NCBI GenBank assembly: GCA_001643675.2
Contig: LSRY02000029.1
Coordinates: 620,001-684,000 of the forward strand
Reading direction: 5' to 3'
DNA: 64,000 nt
DNA from: Monocercomonoides exilis PA203
Taxonomy: Eukaryota; Protista; Preaxostyla
Part shown: in pieces, positions 50,201 through 64,000 of the stretch
How the letters are laid out: each line of letters opens with the position of its first letter
Numbering within the stretch: the stretch's first letter is position 1
Made by a program: the position numbers and the translations under genes
Notes under the pieces: generated by a model
Told to the model about the DNA's origin: nothing
What the model saw: only the letters and a program-made list of their open reading frames with translations
Databases searched by the model: none

Positions 50201-53200
50201 AAGAGGACCAATCTGCTGCGGCTGTGGGTGATAGCAAACAGAACAGCAGAATCGAGGACGTGTTGGACTGATGATCGAATAGAAAAGATTGACACGGCGG
50301 ATCTTTCGTGCATTTGTGTCTGATAGCTGTTGTGATTGAGTTGCAGGGACAATTGAGAGTGTTGAAGAAGTGAGAGATGCTGTGGAACTTGAAGGAAAAA
50401 GAGATTGTGATGACTTTGACAGATCTCTTTTGAGTGTTGGTTCAGCTTGCAATGGCGGCGCTTTTGGAAGAGGAGGTTTTTCGCTTCCTGTTGCTTTTCG
50501 CTCTTTTGCCTCCTTTTTTGTTTTGCTTCCATCTGACGCTTCATCTTTCTTTGAACTATTTGCAGCAGAAATTGATGAATTTGAGTCAACTTTTCGAAAA
50601 GACATAGTCGAAGAAGACGATGACAATGTTGATCCAGCTTGAAGTGCATCAGAAGAAGACTTCATCAAAATGGCTGGGACAAGCATCGATGGAGGATTCC
50701 AAGGTATTACAAACAGTTGAGCTGGAACCCTTCTCACAGCTGTGCTCCACTGAAACCCAATTCTTTGCACAAGCTGCTCTGAGGAGTCCAGAATGCCGAA
50801 TCCTTCGTAGCGACTCAGATCAAATATGCCCTGTGGCTCAACCATCAGTCCCCTCCAATCGCCTGTTGTGTTGTTGCGCCAGCGGCACCCACATTCGCTT
50901 TCACATTCAGCATCAATCACACGTAGTGCAGATAACAATGTAAGTGCAGCATTTGACACGTCTTTGTGCAGCGATTCACACAAAATCTCAACAAAGACGA
51001 TGAGTGAATGGAACAAAGAAAAGCCTCCGCACAAGCGAACAGCAGCAAAAGGCGAAGGAGCAGCCAGAATGAGAGTGACAGAACAGTCGAGAGCGAGAAT
51101 AAGCGAGGAAGACCGAATCACAGGAGCGCCAGCAGCTGCAAGAAGGAGAAGAACTGCAGGCATGTTGAAACATATAGATGATGAAGTAGAATTTGCAGGC
51201 AGCAATTGGTTAGATGAAGAGGAACGGAGAAAAGAGGAGAAAGACAGTGACAATGCTGACTGCTTCAAAGGAATGCAGCAGTCGAGGCAATTCTTAACCA
51301 TTTCGTGTGCGGATACGATTAAGCTGCTGTGAAACGTGGCAATTGCAGCTGTCTGAATCTCAACTGAGGGGCGAAGCAGAAGCGCAAGAAGTGAATGAGC
51401 AAAGCATGGATACCCAACAAGCCTCATCGCAGAGATTGGGTCGTTCAAGCACAGGAAATCCATAATTGTGCAGCTGGTGAATGCAATGGCATCGTCTTGG
51501 CTGGCAAGTCCTGCAAGAACCGTGTTTAGCACATTCTCAAAGCGTATCATTGAAGACTGGAACATCATGTTCCTCCGGCAGACTTCCTCAAAACAGCGCA
51601 GATTGGCATAGATGTGTGCTGAGCGAATGTTGATGAAGGAAGAAGAGCTTGCTGGAAAGAGTAGTCCAGTGATGAAGAGATTTGATGGGATAACATCTGA
51701 ATTTGTTGATGATCCAGATGAAGTCGAAACTGATTCATTTGGAGCTGCAGAAACAACAGGTGGGATGGGAATAAGTGAATTGCGTTCAAATGTTGGATTT
51801 TGCTGTGTGAATGCAGAAGACAAGTTGTTGGAGATTGCAGTCAAACAAGCTCTCCTCACAAGCGAGAGGAAAGTGTTGTGCTTAAACACAGTTCTTTCAG
51901 AAGGCTCGTCTACAGATTTAGACATCTTTGACTCGATATCACTGAACATTGTCTGTGCCATTGATCCTTGTTGACGCTGCTGTTGTTGTTGAGGAGAGGC
52001 TTCTGTCGTATTTGCTTGTGACGATGTTGTTTGCTGCAGTTTCTGTTTTTGAGTAGCTGTTTCTGAAGATGCATGTAATTCCGAAGTTGGTTTCCCAGAA
52101 TTGCTCGCTTCATTCTTATCTCCTTTCTTTTGCACTTCTTGAGTAACTGATGAAGGATTCTGTTGCATTGCAGACGTTGCAGTTTTGGAGCTATCCTTTC
52201 TTGTTACACCAGCTGCATTTGACAGGTTTGCTTGAGAACCAGACTCACTCAAAAGAAGGGGCAAATGAGTGGCTGTCGATAAGATGGAGTCATCGCAGCA
52301 CATTGGTGGATCAGAAATGGGCTTCTGCTTCACCCTTCCATTCCAATACTCCTCAAGCTTCATCACACGGCACATGATCAAGTTCAGCACAATGACAGAG
52401 CAGTAGAAGGAGACAAGAACAGCCTGCTCTGTTTGCATTCTCTGCATCACTTGTGTCACATCCAGACAGCTCAGAATGCGCGAAAAGATGGCAAATGGCG
52501 CAGTGCAGGCAAGAAGATATGAGCGAATGTGCGGAGACACCGCAGTCAGACGAGCAAGCAGCCTTCCTGAGACAATTACGAGATCCTTGACAGAACGGGG
52601 ATGAGTCAGAAGAAGAACAAGACAGTGCAAAAGAGTTGTTTCTGTTGCCAGATGGTCATCAGAGGTTGTAACAGGCATGTCAAATGTTGCATTTGATAGA
52701 AGGCGCGAATCTGATGAATTAGCAGTTGAAGAGGAAGAGGAAGAAGAAGAAGAAGAAGATGATGAATTCGAATGATCTTTGCTTTTATGAACAACAATTG
52801 ACACTTTTTTAATGAGAAGTGGAATCAGAGAAGGCATTTTTTGAACAGCTTGCTCAATTCTTGAGACTCCGTTGAGAAGTGTGGCCAGCTGAGCATCTGG
52901 CGGACGCGGCAGATTTTCCTCTGGTATTTTCTGGAGAGCCTTTTGAATTTGACTTTGCTGTTGTGAAGTAGCTGATAAGGATGAAGATTGAGTTAAAGGT
53001 GTATCAATTGCAGTACGCGAAGCCTGCTGTAACTGTTTGATTGGAGTGGAAGAAGCAGCAACTTCATCATTTGCAGTTGATGCTGCTTCCTTTGCAAACA
53101 GTGCACTCTTCTTTCCTTTGCGCTTTTTTGGTTTGTCTCCCTTTGCAGTTGTCAACAACCCTGAAGCATTAAGAGCGCCCTTCGTTTTCTTCTTCTTCGA

Positions 53201-56200
53201 CAAATGAGAATGCTCAGCATTTTCTGATGAATTGTCCAGCAATGCCAGCGCTGCCTGGAAGACGGATATAACGGCCTGTGCTGTTGTTACAACAGAGTGA
53301 ATAAGAATTGTCATTTCGTATTTCGAAGTCGGAAACCAGTCCTTCTGACCAAATGGCTGAGGGAGCAGATCAGCACGCGAAGGAGGATGCAGTAGAGAAA
53401 GTGCAAAAAGAGGATCGCCAAACAGAATGTGGGAGGAGGAAGGATCAAAAGCAGGGAGTGCTTTGGGAGATGGAATGCGCACAGCAAACATCTCAGTTGG
53501 TTTTGGAAGATAAGAGTGGGGCAATAGAAGCTTTCTCCAGGGAACCAACTTGTGCGGCTGAGAAGACACAGTTTCGAGTGACGAGGAAGACAGAGAAGAG
53601 GAAAGATGAGGTGTGGCGGTTGCCTTGGAGGATAGGAAGTCATCATCACGTGAAGGCAGATGAAACAATAGATCGCTCTTTGGTGCTTCTTCAGTCAGAA
53701 GTGTGAGAGACTTTAATTGAAGAGAAAAGGGAGAAAACTTGTTCGCTGGAGAAATAGAAGTTGAAGACGCTGATGCTGAAGAAGGGAGAGATGAAGCAGA
53801 AGAAGAGCGTTGAAGGGAAGAAGAAGATGATGATGATGAAGACAATAACAAAGAACTTGTCAAAGATAAACGAGACACATTTAGTGGATAAGTCAGAAGT
53901 CCAAATCGTGTCATCACCGAAAACACTGCTTTTTGGACGAAAGACAAGGGGCATTGAGAAGACAGAGGAGCGATGTGTTCCATAATGCCTGACTTCACAA
54001 TGAATGGGAGCGTGGCCGAGGAAAGCATCGCATCGACCATCCGGACAGAGAAAAAGAGAAGACGAGCAGTCGCTGGAGAGGCGAAAAGAGGATGAGACAG
54101 CAAAAGATGATTCTGAATTAACCTGCGCTGAGACCCAGGTGTTAGGATTATCTCCAGAATCTCCTCGTCTTCATCGCAATGCTCATCATCCTTCGAATTG
54201 CCCTTCTCTTTTTCTTTTTCTTTTTCTTTCTCTTTGCTACTTTGTCCGCTTGTTTGGTTGGCAATCATCTTCAGTCTTCTCTTTTGTCTCTTTTCGAGCA
54301 TTTGTCTGCGTCTGATCATTTCATTGACTATGTCTTTGCTCTGATTGGGCAGCCGTGCTGATTTGGAGATCTCGACAAGCACAGTGAGGATGTTGGAGAC
54401 AATCGAAAGCACATTCAGCTGGATGATGAACTGGAGAGAGTTGATGCTGTTGTCTTTGCACAAATAGTAGATGGCTCTGAGACACTCAGAGGCTGTGTGG
54501 ATGCTGACAGGATTGTCCAGCATCAGAGAATGGAAGGAAGGAGCACTGGATGAATCTGTTGAAGATGATGACAAGGAAGAGGACGGTGATTGAGCATTTC
54601 CACCATCTCCTTTGCTCTTATCTGTGGCATTTGTAGCTCTACGCAGAAGCTTCACCAAATGTTTTGGTGTGTTTGCAGAACGAGCAGCGTCTCTCGCATT
54701 CGGAGCGAACTTTGCAAAGAATGCGATGGCAGCAGCAGCATCCGCACATGTTGGGAATGGAAATGATAAGGCGTGCGTGAGAAGGTTGATTGTCTTGTCG
54801 CGTGTTGCCTTCTCTCCGCCAAAGCCCATTTCAGCCATGAAAGTGAAAAATGACACAAGTGTGGCTGCAAAGTGTGCGGGCACTCTGGGAGAGAAAGAGG
54901 AAGAGCCAGAAGAAGACAAAAGGGGATGCTCTGTGGATGTGACGGAAGGCCAAAGGCTGATTGGAGTCGAAGAAGTGATTGCTGTGCCACTTTGCATTGA
55001 ACGCTCTGTCATTGCTCTTTTTGTGAGTTGTTCTTGTTCTCTTGGAGAACTTGCAGTTTTTTCTTTGTCTTCATCCGTCTTCCCTTTCACTTCAGCGTCT
55101 TCCAATAGATTCTCCCGCGCTCTTTTTGCAGCTTCTGCTTTTCTCCTCTCTACAGCCTGCTCTTCATTCGCAAATCTGACCACTTCAGCAAGGTTCTTGT
55201 GGATCATCCTCTGCACAAAGCCCTGACATCCCATCGCCACTGCATCGCATATTCTGTAAAAACGGAAGCCGCCTATGTCGATAGGCTTTGGCGCTGCTGG
55301 TCTGTCGTGCACAGACGAGAGCAAAGCAACGAAGAAGTCACTGGCGATCATCCGAAGCTCCGGATGGGGTGAGAGTAATAACTGAGACACGCACGACGGA
55401 ACAAGACTGTTCTGCAGGCGAAGACGCACCTCATCACTTGTCTTTGCGCAGACGACGAGGAATTCACACACTGCTGTCTGGATGTGCCTGTTGTCCACCT
55501 TCACAAATTGAGCATACGCACCAAAGTCCTTCACACGAAGTGGAGAAACAGAACTGACATACAATCTGAGCAGATATGCCAGAATAAACTGATCATCTGC
55601 CGGTAGCCGCTTGGCGCTGTGAGGTACAAATAGCGAGGAGAAGATGGGTGTCCATATCATTGAGTACTTCTCTGGCGGGTGTGACTCACTCAGGAGAAGC
55701 AGCGCGAGAATGAAGGCGTGCTGGACAGCAGCGTCGTCCACACACAGAAATGAGGAGGCCCATGAGGTGCCTGCCTGGTCTGTGTCCAAAAGAGGATCCC
55801 CGCCAATCAAATAAGAGCGGAACACATTTGCAGCAGCCACTTGCACAGCTGTTGTCATTGTGACTACTGCAGAATGGGGAATGTATTCTGTTGACGGAAG
55901 TGCTGATTGATCCGAATTAGAAGATGTGGGCTGTCTATTAATCATCTGGTTTGTGCTCTTTCTGTCTGACATTTTATTTGCTCCTTCATCATCTCCTTGA
56001 CAAGAACCACCAGAGTCACACCCCTTTTCTTCTCTCTGACTGATGAGATATCTCATCCACTCTGCCACAGTCGCTGAGCTTCCAATGACAACATTCCCCT
56101 TCGCAAATGTCGATGGCACACTTTCACTGAACACAGCCAATGAATCAGGAACAGGAGTGGGATCTTCAAAGAGTGTGTATTGTGCCAATGTTCTCAGAGA

Positions 56201-59200
56201 GCCTTTGATTTTCTGGTAGAGAAAGCGCCGATAGACTTCTGTTTTAGAGATGATTGCTTCTATCCTCTGGAGAGCCAGCAGAATCAACGAGGAAGGAGAG
56301 AAAAGAGGGTCATTCAAGATTTCAGTGAAGATGACAGTCAGTTTTGAAGAGTTGGACTCGCTGTCGAGAAGGAGGTGGAGATAGAGGTTGCAGTATGCAT
56401 GAGACACAAGAAGGTCGTTGTGATAGAAGAATATTGGCAGAGAAGAAGGAGGGCGCATGAGAGGAGTGGCAGAGAGAGAAGAGTCAGGTGGAGAAGGGAA
56501 GAGATTGTCCAGTTCAAATGGATTGGGTGGAGACGGGATATCTAAAGTGAGTGATTGCTGTTGGCTTTGAGGAAGAGAAGAAGGAGAAGAGGAGGAGGAG
56601 GAAGAAGATGATAAAGAAGGAGATGAATTGTTTGCATTTCCAGTTGCATTTGTTGTTGTTGTTGTGGATGCTGTTGGACGAGGTGATTGTGCAGGCGAAT
56701 TGCGAGGAGATGAAATAGACAAAAATGTGCTTGCAGAAGAAGTGGAAGAAGTCGGTTGAGAAATAGGAAATCCAGAAGATGTGCTATTTCTGTCTGGAAG
56801 AGGAGAAACAGGAACAGCAGTGAAACGAGATGATCTAATTTTTGATATTCCCATCGGAAAAGCTAATTTTGTCCATTTCTTCTCCTTCTGCAGCTGTCGA
56901 TGGGCAATGAGAAGCAAAAAGGGAAGGGCAGGCTCAACAAACAGTGTGTCTGACTCAGCGATGATGCTGTTGGCAAGCTGGCAGGCACGAAAATGGAGAG
57001 AAAATGGAAGAATGAGAGGAGGAGATGGGGGATAACTAGTTGGGTTATATGAAGAATTAAAGGAAGAATTAGATGAAGAAGAAGAGATTCTCAATTTCAG
57101 TTCATTTGATGCAATTAATTCTTGATTGTGTTGCTGTCTTTGAGCAACGGGAGATGAAGAAGGTGAACGAGTTGATGATTTGTTCATTGATTTGTCGTCG
57201 TTTTGAGAGCGAGGTGTGACAATTTGAGAGAAAGAGGAGCCAGAAAGGAAAGAAGATGGCTGATGCTGATGGAATGGAAGAGGATAAGCGAAGGAAGAGA
57301 GAGAAGGAATAAGCTTGTAGACAGATCTTAGTGTGGGTTTGTTATCTGAAGTTGAAGAAGAAGATGAGGGTGAGGAGGGTGAGGAGGGTGAGGGTGAGGA
57401 GGAGGAGGAAGAAGAAGAAGAAGATGATGATGATGATTTATTTGTAGATGTTTTAAGTGTTTGTGTTTGCGCTTGAATATTTGAAGTATTTGGAGTGTTT
57501 GTATTTGTATTCACATTCAATGCATTCCTTCTGTTTGGATAGAGAAAAGTCCTTCGAAAGGCAAAAGCAGCCAGATCAACCAGAACAGCTGACCAAACAA
57601 CAGAAGAGTCACAACACGACACAAAAGACGACAAAGTGAATGGATTCGCATAGACAAGCATATCTTCAGGGAGAGAAAGAGTCGAAGGAGAATTCAGTGA
57701 ATTTGAGAGATTTTTGTTTGAAAGAGAGGAAGAAGAAGAAGAAGAAACAGTTGAAGAAGTGGTGGGAGAAAAAGTGGAAGGTGAGGGTGTTAGCAAAAGT
57801 GATGTTCTCTTCAAAAGAGAAGTTGAAATAAAGTCATCACAACAGTCTTCATCATCACTGCTCTCTTCGTCTCCTTCTTTTCCCGATTTCTTTTGGTTCC
57901 CTTTCTTCTTATCCTTCTCTTTGTCTTTGTCTGTTTTCCTTCTCCTCATCTTCAGCATTGGAGACAATGTAGTGTTCTTAGCTATCATCGTCTGCCTCCA
58001 CATCTCTTCTTCAAAGGAGATGGCAAAGTTGATGGCACAAGGCAGACTGTTCTGCCTGAGAGAGAGAAGACGAGGAATCGACTCTGCACAAACAGAAAGA
58101 AGAGCATTCAAAGAGGAAATATCACAACAGGACAGAACAGCAGATGAACGCAATGAAGCAAGAGAGAGAGAAAGAGGAGAACTATAAGAAGAAGAAGAAG
58201 AAGGAGAAGGAGAAGGCAATTCCATGTCAGAGGGAGAAGAGGATATCTGAATGGAAGAGTCAGTCGATGAAGAGAGAGAAGAGTTGCTGTCTGAATCAGC
58301 TGAGCGGTGTGAGTGAAGGCGAGACGAATGCGAATGGGCAGAGGAAGATGAATCGCTCTCATCGTTGCTGGCGGCATCACTAACAGACATTGCTTTGCTC
58401 AGCTTGCGAGGAGAGAGAGAAGAAGAATGGGAAGAAGAAGAAGAAGAAGAAGAAGAAGAAGGAAGAGGAGGGGCAAGAGAAGAGGAGCGGGGTGAGCGAG
58501 AGGAAAGAGGAGAACGAGAAATGTGAGTGTGCTCGCTGTATGTTCGCTGGATCTGAGGAGACACAAAAGATTCAATTGGCATTGAAGAGGAAGAGGAGGA
58601 AGAAGAAGAAGAAGATGATGATGAAGAGCCAGCTTCTGCATAACTTCTGTTCTCCGCTGACTTTCTGGGTGTTGTCTGCACATTCCTCTCTGAATGGTGT
58701 CTTCTGTGATGAGAGTGATGAGAGTGGTGTGAATGATGCGAATGAAGTCTTTTCTGTTTGTGGGGGCTGCCTGTTGCCACATTGTGTCTGTGCAGATAAG
58801 ATGCCAGCTGTGCTTTTGAGGCTGGCGGGCGGAGTGCATTCAGCTTCATCCGTTTTGTCTGCTCTTCCTTCATCCGCTGGTCAATTGGCTTCTGCTTCAT
58901 CTTTGCAATGCAGTCTTTCTTCATCTCGTCTAATGAGGACATCACACTTTGTGACTCTTCTTGCACTGCATCTGCATTCAAATAGAAGCACATGATTCGC
59001 TTTGCAGTGGAAGAGAGCTCAAACACAGAAGACATTGTGAGGGAGCAGATGAAAGAGGTGAGCGAAGGAGAAGAGAGAAGAAGAGGAGAATCTGTGCATC
59101 CTCGTTGGATGGCAGACAGAACAGAGGAAAGAGCAGATGAGAGGAAGGATTGGTCGCTTGGGTGAATAGCTGAATGGGAAGATAAGTTTATTCCATTGGA

Positions 59201-60129
59201 ATTCAGATGAAGAGAAGAAGAATTTGTGCAAAGAGAAGAAGATTGAAGAGAGAGAGGGAGGATTAATTGGTTGTTGGATGGCTTGTTTGAGTGATGGCGT
59301 TTGTGTCTGTGCTGTCTTGTGCGAAAACAGTCCATGAGCATTTGACTTATGTCTGTTGTGGTTGGACCCTGGGCATTTGATGATGATGATGATTCATATG
59401 TTGTGTCAATATTGTTAGATGACTTTATTTTGTCAGAAGAAAAAGAAGAGGAAGAGGAAGAAGAAGAAGAAGATGATGATGATGACAATAGCAATGAAGG
59501 AGATGAGCGATAGAAGAATATTTGAGTGAGAGTGTCAGCAGATGCATTGGGAGCAGGAACAACAGGAAAAGAGCGGATGCTGAGAAAAGAACGAAGAGAA
59601 GAAGAAGAAGAAGAAGAAGTTGACGAAGATAAAGATAAAGAAGAGGTTGAAGGAGAAGAAGAGGAGGAAGAAAGAAAAGAGGAAGAGAGGGGAGAAGAAG
59701 AGGAATAATTGGATGAAGTACATTGAGAACGAAGAAGAGTAGAAGAAGGAAGGTCACACGAGAAGTTGAAGAAAGAAGGCGGAAGAAGAGGAAAAGAGAG
59801 AGACGAGGAAGAAGAGGAAGGATGAAGGTGAGAGGAAGAGGAGGAAGAATGTGAATGCGAAGGAAATGAGCCAGAAGAAGTGAAAGAACTTTGTGACGAA
59901 GAAGAAGATGATGATGAATTTGTGTTTGTATCTTTTGGTTGAGAAGAAGAAGAAGAGGAAGAAGAAGAAGAAGAGGAGGAGGAAGAAGAGAATGCCAAAT
60001 AAGCATTCCGCAGATCAACATAAGAAAGAGTGTATGTTTCTCTTCTTTCGCTCTGAAAGCGAGTGGAAGTAGGGCTGACTGTGAAAGAAGGAGGGAAGGT
60101 GACAGAAAGAGAAGGAGAGAAAGAGGAAA

Positions 60130-60161
<32 letters not shown>

Positions 60162-62767
60162 AAGGAAGGAGAAGAAGAATAAGATGATGATGAAGATGAT
60201 GAAGATGAATCAGAAGAAGGTGTGATTGATAGAAAAGGAGAGAGTGAAGCGACAGAAGGAAGGGAAAGAGGGATGTGTGTGGTTAGTGGCAGATGAGAAG
60301 CTGAAAGAGAGAAAGGGAAACATGAAACATCAGAAGACTTAGAGGAGGAAGAAGAAGAAGTAGAAGAAGAAGAACTTGATGATGAATTAGCAGAATGAAA
60401 TGGAAGATTAAATGAAGAATGAGCAACCATCATATTGCTTCTTCTGTTGTTTGTCTTGTTCATTCTTTCAAAAATTGCCATGTTTGCTCTGTCAAACACA
60501 TTTTGTGGGTGAATGACAAACAAATCGCTGGAAAAGGAGTGAGGAGAAGTGACATGGTCGAAATGGAGTGAAAAAGGGGTGGAGGAAATGATGAAGGAGG
60601 AGTGTGTGACGAGAGGGCGTTCGATGAAGGAGGAGAAGAGGGAGTGGAATGCAGGGGTGGATGAGAGGAAGGAAAGAGAAGAAGAAGAAGAAGAGGAGGA
60701 GGAGGAAGAGGAAGAAGAGGAAGAGGAAGAGGAAGAGGAAGAAGAATTAGAAGGAAAATGAGTATTGTTTTGTGTTTGTGTTTGAGAGGGATGAGATGAT
60801 TGAAAAGGGGAAACAGATTTTGGAGGATCAGAAAGAGACAAAGCAAACTGCAAGATACTGCTTCTATTGTGTGCTGGTGATGTTGATGAGGAAGAAGAGG
60901 AAGAAGACGAAAGAAAAGACGAAAGAGAAGAATCAAAAGATGGAGAGGAAAAGGAAGAAGAAATAAATGAAGAAGAAGATGATGATTGGTTCAGCATTGA
61001 ATAACAACTTCCTGGTGCAGTTACAAAGCATAGCTCTCCTGTGTCATCTTCTTCTTCATCTTCATTCATTTTCTTCCCTTTCAGCTTTTTGTCTTTCTTG
61101 TTTGCTTTGTCCTTTTTGCTCTTCTTCTTCTCTTTCATCGCCTTCTGCTCGTTTTCACATTGGTTGAGTGGATGTTGAGAAGAAGAAGAAGAAGAAGAAG
61201 AAGAAGAAGAAGAAGAGGAGGAGGAGGAGGAGGAAGAGGAAGAAGATGACAATTGAGGAGATGAGAGAGAAGATGAATGAAATGAGCGGAGTGGAGAAGG
61301 AGAGGTTGAGGAAGGAGAGGCAGATGAAGTCATTCGAGCAACAGAACGCATTGGAGATATGCTGTTGATGTTATTGTTGATGCTGTTGTTGATAGAAGAA
61401 GAAGAAGAAGAAGAAGAAGAAGAAGAAGAAGAAGAATGGGAGGAGAAGGAAGAGGAGGAGGAAGAAGAAGATAAAGGAGAAGGAGAAGGAGAAGCAGCAG
61501 CAGCAGAAGAGGAGGAATTAGAAGAAGAAGGAGCAGTAGAGGAGTGCATGTGATGAGTTGTGTGTGATGTCTCATAATCCAACAGAACAGACGAGGCATT
61601 CAAAACAACTGGTTTTTGCTCTGCATTCAAAGAGATGCTTTGAGAAGATGGAATTTCTGCTTCTTTTCCTTGGCTTTGTTTCATCTTCAGTTTTTTCTTC
61701 AATTTGGAGCTTTTGTTCATATCTGCCATTGAAATTGTGTCTGTTCTTGTTTCATTCTGAAGAGAAGAAGAAGAAGAAAATGAGGAAGAAGAGGAGGAGG
61801 AGGAAGAAGAAGATGATAATGATGATGATGAGCTGTCAGATGTCAGCATTGGCAGTGGAGGAGTGGGTGTGTTGATTTCTGTGTATGCTCTGTCAAACAC
61901 ACTCGACTCTTGTTCAATTTGAATTTTCTTCTCTTTTTTATCTTTCTTCTCTTTTTTGTTTTTTTGCTTCTGTTTTTTGGTTTCTTTTGATTCAGTTAAT
62001 TCTGAAGATGATGCTCTTGATGCTGCTTCATCATTCAACTTCTTTTTCTTTTCTCTGATATTCTTTCCTTCTTCTCTTTCTTCATCATCATCATCATCAT
62101 CTTCTTCTTCTTCTTCCTCTTCCTCTTCTTCATCTTCATCCTCTGTTTCTTCATCCAAACTCTCAACAGCATTGTTTTCAGAAAACATATCTTCTTCTTC
62201 TTCTTCTCTTTCTCTTTCTTTCTCTCTTTCTTTCTCTTTCTCTTTCTCTTTCTGTTCATTCATTCCAAGTGGATTTGGAGCATGTTGCATTCCATTTTCA
62301 TTCTGAGTCAGCAAAAACTTCTTCTTTTTGTCTTTCTTTTTTGTTGCTTTATTTGTCTGCAAAGGAGAAGAAGGAGAAGAAGGAGAAGAAGAAGAAGAAA
62401 GAGCATCAGAAATTATTACTCTTCTTTCTATCCCCCTTCCATCATCAAGAATTTCATCTACCACTTTCCCATTGCTCAAAATAATCATTTTCTTCTTCTT
62501 CTTCTTTTCTTTCTCTTTCTCTTTCTCCTTCTCCTTCTCCCTCTCTCTTTCCTTCTCTTTCTCTTTCTCTCTCTCTTGTTTCCTCTGAATGATTTCTGTG
62601 TTTGTGACTGTTGTGACAGCAGAAGCATCTGCAAATGGAGTTGGCGGAGGAGGCAGCCCAACAACTGGGCGAAGAAGATCGAGAAAGAAAGAGAGAGAAA
62701 GAAGAACAGAGGAAAAGGATGGAGATAATGAAGAAAGAGAAGAAGAAGAGGAAGAAGAGGAAGAAGA

Positions 62768-62798
<31 letters not shown>

Positions 62799-64000
62799 AG
62801 AGAAGGAAAAGGAGGAAGAGAAGAAACATGAGTGATAATTCGACTGAGAAGAGCAGGAAGAATGTGAGAAAGGAGAAAAGAAGGGAGATAAGCGAAAGAG
62901 GCAGCAGGGGAGGAATAAAAAGAAGACTCAGAAATCTTTTGAGAAGGCTTCGAAGAGACAGAAACAATGGAATTACCATCAGAAGACAGAGAAGATGGAG
63001 AAGATGCATTCAAAACAGCCATGCAATCATCAAAAGAAGGAGGTGGCTCGTCAAAATAAGGCTGATTGGAAGTGGAGGGAAGAAGAGAGAGAAGAGAATG
63101 TGTGGTAGAGGAGGGTGAATGAGAGGGAGAAGAAGAAGAAGAAGAAGAAATGGAAGGAGATGATGAAGAAGATGAAAGAGGAGAAGAAGGAAAAGAAGAA
63201 GAAGAAGAAGAAGAAGATGTTGCTGTCATTGATTTTCCATGCAGTTGAGGAGAAGATGAGAATTTTGGTTGATGTTTGACAGAAGATGTTGTGATTGGCA
63301 TCTGCTGGAACACAATTTCTGGTGTCTTTGGTTTCAATTTGTTTTGTTTGGGTTCTTTTTTCTCTTTTTTCTCTTTCTTCTCTTTCTTGTTCTTCTTTTC
63401 TTTCTTTCCTTCTTCCTTTTGTAACATTGTTCCGTTTTCTTCTTTCCTTAATTCTGTTGTATTGTTTTCTTCTCCTTCCTCCTCCTCTTCTTCCTCTTCC
63501 TCTTCCTCTTCCTCTTCTTCCTCATAATCATCACTTTCTTCCTCTTCCTCCTCATCCTCTTCTTCCTTCGCAGCATCTCTTCTCATCCTGTTTGCCGTCT
63601 GCATCAGCATCATCCTCTCCTTCTTCATCTGCTCAATCTTTGCCTCTTCCTCCTCTTTCTTCTCCTTCCTCTTCTCCTTCGCCATGTTCGCTTCCACAAC
63701 AAACGCAGTTTCAACCACAAAAAACGGGGCAGACGAACAGAAAGACCGATGAAGACGGATTTTCGGGTGCAAAAAACAGGAAAGAGAGATGGTGGCGAAG
63801 AGAGAGAGGAAGAGGAGAGGAGAAGGAGCCAGCTGAAGAAGATTCACATAGAAAGGAGGAAGAAACAGAGTGCGTTTGCTGTTGATGAGCACATTGTCGT
63901 GGAGAAGAGAGACAGAAGAATAGGAAGAGAGAGAAGAAGAAGCAGAGGAAGAGGAAGAAGATAAAGATCCACCTCTTTTGTTTGCTCTGCTTTCAATTGA
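46850..64000 (-). CDS. Giant (>5,700 aa, 5'-partial) ARM/HEAT-repeat protein with extensive poly-Ser, poly-Glu and Lys-rich inserts
   Basis: Frame stays open from base 64000 to TAA 46850-46852; ARM-like helices such as AVECALWVVAHLS...GAGCCALSNLMEKNATNQRIFLTANGVSVLCAIL and ECLRAIYYLCKDNSINS. Confidence 0.85.

Overview
AT-rich, intron-rich eukaryotic DNA with compact genes and the standard genetic code (TAA, TAG and TGA all end conserved genes). The gene families, short AT-rich GT-AG introns and huge poly-Ser proteins suggest an oxymonad such as Monocercomonoides; this is an inference from the sequence. The window starts inside a receptor-like gene (beta-helix ectodomain, TM segment, pseudokinase) with two in-frame stops. 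About 18 further protein genes follow: a WH2-like/RSPGGTP protein, SAP30BP, SLC35F6, RSP3, Cdc48, ERdj4-like, M6PR/Atg27-like, CLN3, PSMA1, TRAPPC2L, an NWE-motif ciliary protein, a UBL/His-tail protein, p23, ENKD1, a giant PDK1-like kinase, SPATS1-like, YhhN, and an ARM-repeat ORF of more than 5,700 codons that runs off the right end. There are also tRNA-Asp(GTC) and tRNA-Ser(TGA) genes. Highlights: (i) two non-coding inverted-repeat elements with TAG...CTA ends and imperfect 9-bp flanking duplications, one an almost fully palindromic 380-bp element 129 bp upstream of a tRNA gene; (ii) a spliced gene, invisible as a unit in the ORF track, encoding an MTFR1/PRR11-like and VCA-like protein; (iii) a kinase with a ~240-aa activation-segment insert and a C-terminal UBZ-like finger. 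All exon structures and family assignments were made by eye, without database searches.
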